NCBI GenBank assembly: GCA_031553915.1 | Contig: JAVBKT010000001.1 | Location: 18,891-82,890 of the forward strand | Origin: Bacillota bacterium | Lineage (GTDB): Bacteria > Bacillota > Dehalobacteriia > UBA4068 | Length of the DNA: 64,000 nt | Direction: 5' to 3' | In this document: positions 1 through 8,892 of the stretch, piece after piece | How the letters are laid out: each line of letters opens with the position of its first letter | Numbering within the stretch: position 1 is the first letter of the stretch | Translations under genes and position numbers: made by a program | Notes under the pieces: model-generated | The model's database searches: none | The model's input: only the letters and a program-made list of their open reading frames with translations | What the model was told of the DNA's origin: nothing

Positions 1-64
1 CAGGACCAGGAACTCCGTCGCGATCGCCGATAATAATAACTTTTTTACCTTCGATTAAGCTCAC
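1..64 (-). CDS. grdA: Grd reductase selenoprotein A (GrdA), N-terminal fragment; gene continues beyond window start
   Basis: Reverse complement reads GGAGG, an 8-nt spacer, then GTG-SLIEGKKVIIIGDRDGVPGP. This is the characteristic GrdA N-terminus (GDRDG(I/V)PG). It sits in a cluster with trxA, trxB, grdB and grdE. Confidence 0.6.
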   Translation of the reverse strand, partial: MSLIEGKKVIIIGDRDGVPGP

Positions 65-125
65 TTGTGTTTCCTCCTTCCCGAAATAATTTTTATACTA
101 TCCCCAAAAGGGAGTATAAAACAGT

Positions 126-446
126 TTAGATATATTTTTTGACCATTGCTTCGATGTTTTCACGAGTTGCATCGTCTTTAACCAGTTCTTCTACTTTTTC
201 GCCGGCTTTGTAAATAACCATAGCAGGCAAACCCATAACACGCTGACCAATAGCCAGTCTACGGTTTTCTGTAGTATTCAATGCTGCAAATTTAAGATTG
301 CCGCCTGCGTTTTTGTCTGCCAGTTCATGGACGAAAGGCATCAATTCAGCGCAGGGAACGCAGCCATTGCCATAATAGTCAACAAATACATAACCATCGG
401 CTTGAAGTACTTCAGCTTCAAAATTATCTTTGTTCAGTTCGAGCAT
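126..446 (-). CDS. trxA: thioredoxin with GCVPC active site (Grd-system type)
   Basis: 106 aa with a thioredoxin fold. The active site is GCVPC rather than WCGPC, which is the signature of reductase-associated thioredoxins. Confidence 0.85.
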   Translation of the reverse strand: MLELNKDNFEAEVLQADGYVFVDYYGNGCVPCAELMPFVHELADKNAGGNLKFAALNTTENRRLAIGQRVMGLPAMVIYKAGEKVEELVKDDATRENIEAMVKKYI

Positions 447-500
447 TTTAATTTCCTCCTATTTTTGGTTGTATTATATCAAGCAAAAGCTTAATAACTA

Positions 501-1448
501 TTAATAACCTTCAATATAATGACCAGCTTCAACAGCGGCAATAGCGCCGTCAGCAGCTGCGGTAACAACCTGGCGCAAGCTTTTCTTGCGGGCATCGCCT
601 GCGGCAAAAACGCCAGGGATATTGGTATGCATATCATCATCGGTTATAATGTAGTTTTTCTCCATTTCCACTTTGCCTTCGAGGAAGGTGGTGTTGGGAA
701 TAAAACCAATGAAGCCGAAGACGCCAAAAGTACCGTCTTCTTCAGGAGCAAGAATTTCTCTCTCCTCACCGGTTTGGGTGTCCTTGACAGTCATAGCTTC
801 CAAAATGCCGTCGCCCTTCAGCTCAGTGATAACGCTGTTCCACATCACTTCTAATTTGGGGTTAGCAAAAGCTTTTTCCTGAATAGATTTTGCTGCGCGC
901 AGCTCATCACGGCGATGAACAACATAAACCTTGCGGGCAAATTTGGTCAGATACATAGCTTCTTCCACAGCGGAATCGCCGCCGCCAACCACATAAACTT
1001 CCATATCTTCAAAGAATGCAGCGTCGCAGGTAGCGCAGTAAGATACGCCTTTACCAACCAGTTCCTGCTCACCAGGGCAGCCAATAGGTCTGGGATAAGC
1101 GCCCGGAGCAAGAATGATGGTTTTTGCCTGGTATTCAGCATTCTTACAAATAACTTTTTTAATATCGCCTTCCAGCTGAAGATCGTCTACGGTATCGTAG
1201 ATTCTCTCTGCGCCAAAATGGTCAGCTTGATGAGCCATTCTCTCAATCAGAGAAGGGCCGCTATCGCCTTCCACGCCGCCAGGATAATTTTCGATTTCAT
1301 CGGTACTAACAATCTGGCCGCCGACTTTTGCCTTTTCGATAATCAAGGTATCAAGGCGGGCACGCCCAGCATAACTGCCTGCGGATAAACCAGCAGGGCC
1401 GGCACCAATAATAATAACGTCGTATATCTTTGTCATACTACTCCTCAT
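501..1448 (-). CDS. trxB: thioredoxin-disulfide reductase
   Basis: 315 aa. Has a GAGPAG FAD motif, a CATCD redox-active disulfide and a GGGDSA NADPH motif. Confidence 0.9.
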   Translation of the reverse strand: MRSSMTKIYDVIIIGAGPAGLSAGSYAGRARLDTLIIEKAKVGGQIVSTDEIENYPGGVEGDSGPSLIERMAHQADHFGAERIYDTVDDLQLEGDIKKVICKNAEYQAKTIILAPGAYPRPIGCPGEQELVGKGVSYCATCDAAFFEDMEVYVVGGGDSAVEEAMYLTKFARKVYVVHRRDELRAAKSIQEKAFANPKLEVMWNSVITELKGDGILEAMTVKDTQTGEEREILAPEEDGTFGVFGFIGFIPNTTFLEGKVEMEKNYIITDDDMHTNIPGVFAAGDARKKSLRQVVTAAADGAIAAVEAGHYIEGY

Positions 1449-1711
1449 CCTTCTCGTCCTGCGCTAAATTCTAGCCTTTCCCCCGCAAACAAGATTCCTG
1501 TGCAGCATTGCGCCAGCGCAGGGCACTAAACAAGCATACCTGTCTAGTGCCCATTGCTGGGATTATTCTGCACAATTTCCTGCCATATCATACCGGAGTA
1601 ATAATGGCCGGTAACTTTGCAAAAGGAACCATATTTACGGAGAGAAACAATATAAACAGGACCGCTTAAATTTATTTTCTCCGGTACGCAGCTTAGGCTA
1701 CGCAATAAAAA

Positions 1712-3052
1712 TTATTCAATAACAACGGTCTTTGGAGCATCCATATCTTCTTGGAGAAGCTGAAGAGCAGCTTCAACATATTTGCGGCGAAGAGCTTTTT
1801 CTTTATCAGCATTTTCCAGTTTAGGATTGCCAACCGGATGCGGAACGGCATTACCAACAACGATTCTGTTAACGCCGACCATCTCAGCGATGTTCGGGAT
1901 AGCAGTGATCTGAACAGTTGGGATACCAGCTTTTTCTAAACCTCTAGCAATCGTTGACCCGCAACGAGTAGAGGTGCCTCATGTGGAGGGCAGGATAACG
2001 CCATCAATACCGCCACGAGCCACGATATCAGCGGCAATAGCCTCACCAACTTCGGCGCAACGTTTGGAAACGGTGGTGCAGGCTGGCATTGCATAATAAA
2101 CTTTATCAAGTTTACCAACTCTGCCTTCGCCAACCATATCTTCCATAACATCCTTAGGCAAAAGTCTGTCTGGATCCTGCAATACATAGTCATTGAAATA
2201 ACCGGCATGAACTACTTCATAGGCTTCGAATACTTTATCGAGGTCATATGCAGCCCAAACAAGATTACTTCTGGTAGCCATTCTGTCAGGATTGCCTTTT
2301 GGTACCAAGCCGCCGTCAGAGACAAAAGCGATAGTAGCTTTGGACATATCTTTGATAGCTTTTGGCGGTTCGATGACTTCCAGTCTTTCCGGAACAACTT
2401 CAGTGACGAATGCTTCGCCGTTCAATTTCTGAACTATTTTTTCAACAGCACGTTCTGCCATTGATTTGTCAATCTTGGCATTGCGCAGAACGTCGCGGGT
2501 GAAGTAGTTATATTCTACTGGATCAGGAATATATTCCAAGCTGATAAGTCTGGTTTCTTTGCCGGTTTTGTCTTCCAACAAATACTTAGCCAATTTAGCC
2601 ATATCAGTGACATTGGGAACCATAGTACGGCTGTTATTGGAGCCTTTGGTGATATAGACTTCTTTGCGGTACATATCCATACCAGGACCAGATTCGTCCA
2701 TGCTGCTTACGCAAGGAATGCCGAGCTCATCCTGGACTGCTTTACACATAGCGCCGCATGCTACGCTATAGCGGCCAGCTGCGAATGCCGGACCGGCAAA
2801 GAATACGTCCGGATTATATTTTTTAACAAGAGCCAAACCTTCGGCAGAGTTTTTGTCGGTATCATCACCAAAATAGTCATCGCCGCAGATAACGGTTGCA
2901 ACGATTTCAAAATCATCACCAAGCTGAGCTTGAAGAGCCACACCAGGGCCGACTGGTCCTTCCTTAACAGAAAAGCCGACTGCTGCTGCTTCTTCAGCAC
3001 CGAGCTGACCAAAGAACTGGTTCAGATAGTGCACAACTTTATATTTAGCCAT
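1712..3052 (-). CDS. grdB: glycine/sarcosine/betaine reductase component B selenoprotein subunit (GrdB/GrdF/GrdH family); TGA at 1979-1981 read as selenocysteine
   Basis: The N-terminus MAKYKVVHYLNQFFGQLGAEE is GrdB-like. The ORF track stops at a TGA. The same frame continues as U-GTSTRCGSTIARGLEKAGIPTVQITAIP...VVIE to a TAA at 1712-1714. That gives 446 aa with the conserved U...C motif of Grd protein B. Confidence 0.85.
1935..1978 (-). other. putative bacterial SECIS stem-loop immediately 3' of the grdB UGA
   Basis: On the mRNA the sequence is UGA GGC ACCUCUA CU CGUUG-CGGGU-CAACG AUUGC UAGAGGU. This is a nested hairpin with an apical loop containing GGU about 20 nt after the UGA. Confidence 0.45.
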
Positions 3053-3076
3053 TTTTGTTACACCTCACCTTTCCAA

Positions 3077-4369
3077 TTAATATTCTTCCACAATAATCTT
3101 ACGGCTGCCGGTGTGGTCCATGCAACCTGCGATATTATACTGTTCAAGACCAATCACATCATCACCGGCATATTGCGGGATTGGTTCCGGATAATACAAC
3201 TTGGTTTTTTCGGTGCCGCCCAAGATTTTTTCAGCTTTGAAAGGAATCTTAGTGGTTTTTTCAAACATAGCGCCGGAAATAACGATCAAGTCGAGTTCGA
3301 TATCATTGTAGAGAATGGTATCAGCCAAAGTACCGGTAGCGGTCAATGGAGTGGTGGTGCAGCAAGTCTTAACACCAAGTCTTTCCATCGCAACACCAGT
3401 GGAAGAAATATCAGCATGTGGCATACCACCGAGGATTTTGACCAGGATAACGCCATCTGCATGCAGGATATTTTTAGCAAGGTTAGCTGCCATGGTAGCG
3501 GTTACGACACGGCCATCAAGGGTAGTGTTGGCAGGGCCGGAGATAACACCAATAAAGTTAAGGTCTTTGCCATGATGTTTGTAGAGCTCTTTAACAACGC
3601 CAAAATTCTGAATGCTATAGGAATCAAGGGCTTTCAGAGCGTTCCAACCGACAAAACCACCGTCCAAAACTTCGTTTGGATTATAAATTGTGGGGAAAGT
3701 GTTGGTAACAGGTGCGCCGTAAACAATTTTATCAGAAACAGCCATATAGTCGAACTGTGGGCTGTAGTTCTGATAGAAAAGAGCAACGCGGGGAAGCTTA
3801 GGATCTACGGTTTCGCCAACCTCAGATTCAAATACTTCGGTTTCTTTAACAGCCAGGCCTTCAGCAGCACGGGCTACGAAGACAGCAGCTTTAAAACCAG
3901 CAATCTTAACAGCATTTTCAAAATCGCGTTCTTCAACACCGTCAACTTTATAAGGAGCAACTGACAGGTTAACAAAATTAGAATATAGTGAGATGCCTGA
4001 CATCGGGCCATCACTATCAAGAACAGCGGTTTCAACCCTGTTAGTGCAAGGGTTGGATACTATGATAGCCGTACCGAGCAAGGATCTGGTTTTACCAGAG
4101 CCGGCAGTATGCATTTCGCCGAGGAAACCAGGGAAGTCCTGGTTGTCCACACCAACTTTGCAGCGAGGCTGAACTACATCAACGACGTTAACCATTCTGG
4201 CTTTATCACCAGGTTTTACGATAGTCAGGTCAACAGATTTAATTCTTTCATCCTTAAGAATCTCTGCTTCCAATTCTTTAAGGTTCAAATACAAAACGCC
4301 ATCTTTAGCGCTTGTAGCTGAGGACTCTTGAATATCTTTAATTTCAATCGAGTCAATCTCAAGTCTCAT
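3077..4369 (-). CDS. grdE: Grd reductase protein B proprotein (GrdE/GrdG/GrdI family, pyruvoyl-type alpha/beta precursor)
   Basis: 430 aa starting MRLEIDSIEIKDIQ...GVLYLNLKELEAEILKDE, similar to the GrdE proprotein. It lies directly upstream of grdB. Confidence 0.75.
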   Translation of the reverse strand: MRLEIDSIEIKDIQESSATSAKDGVLYLNLKELEAEILKDERIKSVDLTIVKPGDKARMVNVVDVVQPRCKVGVDNQDFPGFLGEMHTAGSGKTRSLLGTAIIVSNPCTNRVETAVLDSDGPMSGISLYSNFVNLSVAPYKVDGVEERDFENAVKIAGFKAAVFVARAAEGLAVKETEVFESEVGETVDPKLPRVALFYQNYSPQFDYMAVSDKIVYGAPVTNTFPTIYNPNEVLDGGFVGWNALKALDSYSIQNFGVVKELYKHHGKDLNFIGVISGPANTTLDGRVVTATMAANLAKNILHADGVILVKILGGMPHADISSTGVAMERLGVKTCCTTTPLTATGTLADTILYNDIELDLIVISGAMFEKTTKIPFKAEKILGGTEKTKLYYPEPIPQYAGDDVIGLEQYNIAGCMDHTGSRKIIVEEY

Positions 4370-4598
4370 TGTTTCATCCTCCCACCTTAATTAAATATTT
4401 GAAAAACATATTCAATACTTGGACAAAATTTGCCTAAGTATTTGAGCAAATTAAATTTTGACAAAATCAAGATACTTGTAATATTTTTATTATCTACAAT
4501 AATTATATTATAGGTATTTTCTAATGTCAATATTGGTCAAAGATCACCGAATAGAGCCATAATTCAAAATCACTAGACAATTTCGGCTATTCTTCTTG

Positions 4599-4635
4599 CT
4601 TGCAGATAGGCCACCATCGGTGACCTATCTGCAAG
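4599..4635. promoter_or_regulatory. perfect 12-bp-stem hairpin (cttgcagatagg / cctatctgcaag) with a 13-nt loop between the aminotransferase stop and the grdE promoter region
   Basis: Read directly from the sequence. There is no U-tract on either side, so it is either a non-canonical terminator or RNA-stability element, or a protein operator. Confidence 0.4.
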
Positions 4636-4687
4636 GTTGTTCCTGTTCAAGGTTGTTGTTTTTCTTATCAGTTGGCTGTTTTGCAGA

Positions 4688-6025
4688 CTATTCAAGTACT
4701 GCGTCGCAAGCTGCTGCCAGAATTTCCATACCCTGGTTCAACTGTTCGTCGGTCATTACCAGCGGCGGCAGGAATCTCATAACATTACCGCGGATTCCGC
4801 AGTTAAGTACGATCATGCCTCTCTTGCGGCATTCGGCCATAATATTGTTCAACAGGCCTGCTGCCGGTTTCTTGGTTACCGGGTCTTCGACGAATTCTGC
4901 TGCACACATCGCGCCTACGCCACGGATGTCGCCCAGTTGCGGATGTTTCTTCTGAATTTCAGTGCAGGCTGCTTTGATCTTGTCGCCAATTTGCAAAGCG
5001 CGTGCACAGAAATCTGTTTCTTTGAAGGTGTCAATTGCGGCACAGGATGCTGCGCATGCTACCGCATTACCCATATAAGTACCGCCCAACTGGCCAGGAA
5101 GAACCTTATCCAGTTCAGACTGTACCAGCGCTGCACTAAGAGGCATACCTGCTGCCATGGATTTGGCGATGGTCATAATGTCTGGTGCAAAACCAGCATA
5201 TTCAATACCAAACCATTTACCAGTACGGCAGAAACCGCTCTGGATTTCATCAGCAATATAGAGAATGCCGTATTTTTCGCACAGTTTTTTGATGCCTTGG
5301 ATATATCTTACCGGTTGCGGCAAGAATCCGCCTTCGCCTTGGATAAACTCGGCGATGAAGGCTGCGATGTATTCGCTGTCAAATACGTTGGCAAATTTGA
5401 AGGCTGCTTCTTCCAGCAGGGCGTCAACATATTGATCTTCGGTCAGGCTGCCGCCGTAACGATAATAATAGGCGCCATCCAGTCTGTAAAGCTCTGAGGG
5501 TTGCGGGCCTTGGCCATTCTTCTGCGGTGCACATTTATAAGTCAATGCACTGGTCAAAAGGGTGCGGCCATGGAAAGCGTTGGTCAGGGAGATCAAGCCA
5601 CCGCGTTTGGTTGCCGCTTTGGCTATTTTGGTGGCGTTTTCTACTGCTTCAGAGCCGGAGCTGGCAAATACTGCTCTCATCTCTTTGCCAAAAGGAGTGA
5701 TGGTGTTAATCTTTTCCGCCAAGACCAGATCTGGTTCATACTGGCAATAGTTGACCATCGTGCACATCATTTTGCCTGCCTGGTCTTGTACTGCTTTGAC
5801 TACTTTGTCCGGGCAATGACCCAAACTAAGTACGCCGACGCCGGCAAACATATCTAAATAGATATTGCCTTCTACGTCTTTAATTACTGCGCCTTTGGCT
5901 TCTTCGCCTACTACCGGGGCCATTGGCAATGCGCCGATCAGGTATGGTCTAGCTTTAGCTGTCAGAGCGCTTGTTGCTTCGCCCGGCTGCTTGACGATAT
6001 TTGCTAATTCTGTACCTTTTAACAT
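4688..6025 (-). CDS. class III (omega) PLP-dependent aminotransferase (GABA/ornithine/taurine-pyruvate AT family)
   Basis: 445 aa. Has the DEIQSGFCRTG motif and the PLP lysine in TIAKSMAAG. Confidence 0.8.
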   Translation of the reverse strand: MLKGTELANIVKQPGEATSALTAKARPYLIGALPMAPVVGEEAKGAVIKDVEGNIYLDMFAGVGVLSLGHCPDKVVKAVQDQAGKMMCTMVNYCQYEPDLVLAEKINTITPFGKEMRAVFASSGSEAVENATKIAKAATKRGGLISLTNAFHGRTLLTSALTYKCAPQKNGQGPQPSELYRLDGAYYYRYGGSLTEDQYVDALLEEAAFKFANVFDSEYIAAFIAEFIQGEGGFLPQPVRYIQGIKKLCEKYGILYIADEIQSGFCRTGKWFGIEYAGFAPDIMTIAKSMAAGMPLSAALVQSELDKVLPGQLGGTYMGNAVACAASCAAIDTFKETDFCARALQIGDKIKAACTEIQKKHPQLGDIRGVGAMCAAEFVEDPVTKKPAAGLLNNIMAECRKRGMIVLNCGIRGNVMRFLPPLVMTDEQLNQGMEILAAACDAVLE

Positions 6026-6122
6026 TTCTCTTTCCCTCCTAATTCTTTTCTTTATTTTTTAATCCCTCATACACCAGCTTAACTCTCCTAGCGTACTCGG
6101 GCATGAAAACCTTTTGTTTGCC

Positions 6123-7490
6123 TTAGATAGCGTCTTTTGCTCTGGCTGCTTTAGTGTTTGCTACAACCTGATCAACAAAGTAGCCGCTCTTGCCGGTATA
6201 TTTTTCCGGATCCATAACAGCTTCCAGTTGCTCACGGGTAACATTTTTAGCAACAGTTGCATTAGCCATCAGTTCATCGATGAAACAAGCGTCTTTTTCA
6301 AAGCAATCCATGCAGATCTCATAGACGATTTCATGAGCAGTTTGTTTGCCGAGCTTTTCGCCGAGCAAGAACATAATCGGTTCAGAATAGAGTAAACCTT
6401 TGGTCAGTTCCAGATTCTGTCTCATCCGTTTTTCATTAACGTTCAAGCCAGCCAACAATTTTTTAGCTTTAACTGCTGCGGTACCGGTAGCGATGAAGCA
6501 TTCGGTGATGCCTCTCCATTCCACACGCCATACAGCAGCGTCTCTTTCATGCTCACTAACCATTGAGTTCATCGAAGCATCAGCAGATGCTTTGGCCAAG
6601 CGGGCAAGAGCCTGGGAAATTTCCGAGAGGCCGGGGTTGCGTTTATGCGGCATGGTGGTAGAACCAACCATACCTTTGACAAAACCTTCGGTTACTTCGC
6701 CAAACTCGGTTTTCATCATGCAAGCACATTCGTGGCCAATATGGCACAGAGAATAAGCGGCAATGGAAAGCACGTTAAGGATGGAGGCAATTCTATCACG
6801 GCTGGAATGCCAAGCAATATCAGGAATATCCAAACCAAGCTTAGCTATGGTTTCATTGCTGATAATTTCGCCTTTATCGCCAAAGCCGGCCATAGTGCCG
6901 ACAGCGCCGGAGAGCTGGCCAACAAAATCGCGGGCATAAACTTCCTTCATTCTTTCGATAATGCGGCGGAGTTCGCTGACCCAGATAGCTACTTTGTAGC
7001 CAAAGGTAATCGGCAGACCCTGCTGGCCATGAGTACGGCCAACCATAACAGTGTCTCTGTATTTTTCAGCAAGTACCAAACCTGCTTCTTCAACATCGCG
7101 AAGGTCATTGTAGATGATTTTGAAAGCGCGTTTCATGGACATGATAAAACCGGTATCGGAGATATCCTGCGTGGTTGCGCCCAAATGCAGGTATTCACCA
7201 TAACCATTTTCACACAGATGTTCAAGAGCACGCAATGCCGGGATAAAAGGATGGCCGACAGCAGCTACGCCTTTGCCGAGCTCATCAAGATCGACGAGGC
7301 TGGCATCAGCTCTTTTGCTAATTTCCGCAGCAGCCTCTTTGGGGATAATGCCATATGCTGCCTGGGTCTGAGCTAAAGCTTTTTCGATGTCAAACCAGTT
7401 CTGAACGATGGTTCTGTCATCAAATTCTTTGCTGAGCTCAGGGGTGCTAAACATTGTGTTGAACAACTTGGAATCAATCATACTTGCCAT
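6123..7490 (-). CDS. fumarate-lyase superfamily enzyme, adenylosuccinate lyase / 3-carboxymuconate cycloisomerase subgroup
   Basis: 455 aa. The GSTTMPHKRNP signature matches the GSSxMPxKxN family motif. The N-terminal FSTPEL...VQNWFDIEKALAQTQAAYGIIP motif is typical of PurB/PcaB. Confidence 0.75.
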   Translation of the reverse strand: MASMIDSKLFNTMFSTPELSKEFDDRTIVQNWFDIEKALAQTQAAYGIIPKEAAAEISKRADASLVDLDELGKGVAAVGHPFIPALRALEHLCENGYGEYLHLGATTQDISDTGFIMSMKRAFKIIYNDLRDVEEAGLVLAEKYRDTVMVGRTHGQQGLPITFGYKVAIWVSELRRIIERMKEVYARDFVGQLSGAVGTMAGFGDKGEIISNETIAKLGLDIPDIAWHSSRDRIASILNVLSIAAYSLCHIGHECACMMKTEFGEVTEGFVKGMVGSTTMPHKRNPGLSEISQALARLAKASADASMNSMVSEHERDAAVWRVEWRGITECFIATGTAAVKAKKLLAGLNVNEKRMRQNLELTKGLLYSEPIMFLLGEKLGKQTAHEIVYEICMDCFEKDACFIDELMANATVAKNVTREQLEAVMDPEKYTGKSGYFVDQVVANTKAARAKDAI

Positions 7491-7667
7491 AAATCCAATC
7501 CTCCATGCTTCTAATTTTTTATTTTAAATAAACACTTATATCAAACGTTATATGGCACAGACGATAGCGCCGGCAAAAACATAGCACAACACTAGAGAAA
7601 AAGATAATAAAAAAGGCTGTGTCAATATCTTCTGTTTCAACAAAACGAAAAGCTAAAACGATTAGGG

Positions 7668-7693
7668 ACAGAATCAAAACGTTTTGATTCTGT
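7668..7693. promoter_or_regulatory. perfect 13+13 bp palindrome acagaatcaaaac|gttttgattctgt upstream of the lyase operon promoter region; candidate operator
   Basis: Seen in the sequence. It lies about 180 bp upstream of the lyase start codon, inside an 800-bp non-coding stretch. Confidence 0.3.
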
Positions 7694-8310
7694 GAAATCA
7701 TCTGCTTTCATGATGCTGATAAACAAACATCAGATACAAACCACAGCATGCCTCCTCAACTGAGAGTATAGTTATCGGATAGCGAAAATTACATGTTCCG
7801 TTATTAAAATATGTACAGATCAGTCCATTTTTTGGCTGCTCCCCAAGCTCAACCATGCATATATATACCTGCCGAAAACCGCATAAAAAAGACTTGCCGA
7901 GGCCAAAAAAATGGCTGGTATCCCTCACCCCTAACGCTGAAAGGCTTGGGATATGCGGCACGAATACGCACTGCATATTATCCACGAATTAAGCATATTT
8001 TACAGCGGTTATATGCATTTCTACTGAAAAAAGCAACCAATATCCTTATAATATGGTACTAGAGATAATTTTACCGTATTTATCAGCAAAAGTCAAGCGT
8101 TTGCCTTTTTTTGACCACTCGATTAAGCTTGGTTTATCTTTGCCAATTTTATATAAATATGCTAAATTTTCAGAATATTATGCACTGACTTTTTTTGCCC
8201 TAATTTTGCCTGCATTTAGACAATTATTTTATATTTATATTAAATAATATAAATATAAATATTAAAAAAAGCTATTAATATTTATACCATTTTGTAATAA
8301 TTACAGCCAG

Positions 8311-8892
8311 TTACTGAATAACTTTTTCCACATAATATTTCTCTGTGGCAAATTGCTCTGCCAAAGAAAGATCATGGGTAATCAGCAAAATTAATTTTTG
8401 CTGCCAATCCTCAACTATCCGGCTCATTATCCTTGCTGCCAATTGATCATCCAGACCAGCTGTCGGCTCATCCATCATCAAAATATCGCCGCCATAGGCT
8501 AAAGCGCGGGCAATGGCCACTCTTTTTTGCATACCGCCGGAAAGCTCCGCCGGATATTTGTGCGCAGCTTCCACAAGCTCAACCTTTTCTAAAAAATGCC
8601 AGGCTTTTTGCCGGTCTCCCTGGATAACAAAAGCGACATTGCTCAAGGCATCATACCAGGGCAGCAATCTGTTTTCCTGGAAAACCATGGCCAGCTGCTT
8701 ATCCTCCAGGCCGGAAATATGCCCACTATCAGGCGTGATAATCCCTGCTAAACAGTTAAACAATGTCGTTTTGCCACTGCCGGAGGGGCCAATAAGGCAT
8801 ACCACTCCCCTCCCCGGCAAGCGCAGGGAAAAATCCGCCAGCACTTTTTTATGGTCAAAGCTGACATTCACTTTATCGAGGATAATTGTCAT
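8311..8892 (-). CDS. ABC transporter ATP-binding protein (NitT/TauT family, short form)
   Basis: Has a Walker A motif GPSGSGKTT, the LSGGMQKR signature and a Walker B motif ILMMDEPTAGLD. It overlaps the permease gene by 4 nt. Confidence 0.85.
   Translation of the reverse strand: MTIILDKVNVSFDHKKVLADFSLRLPGRGVVCLIGPSGSGKTTLFNCLAGIITPDSGHISGLEDKQLAMVFQENRLLPWYDALSNVAFVIQGDRQKAWHFLEKVELVEAAHKYPAELSGGMQKRVAIARALAYGGDILMMDEPTAGLDDQLAARIMSRIVEDWQQKLILLITHDLSLAEQFATEKYYVEKVIQ

Noticed and set aside
7698-8247. Track ORFs of 95, 83 and 64 aa in the AT-rich gap
   Set aside because: No SD sequences, low-complexity composition, and no recognisable domains. I treat them as non-coding.
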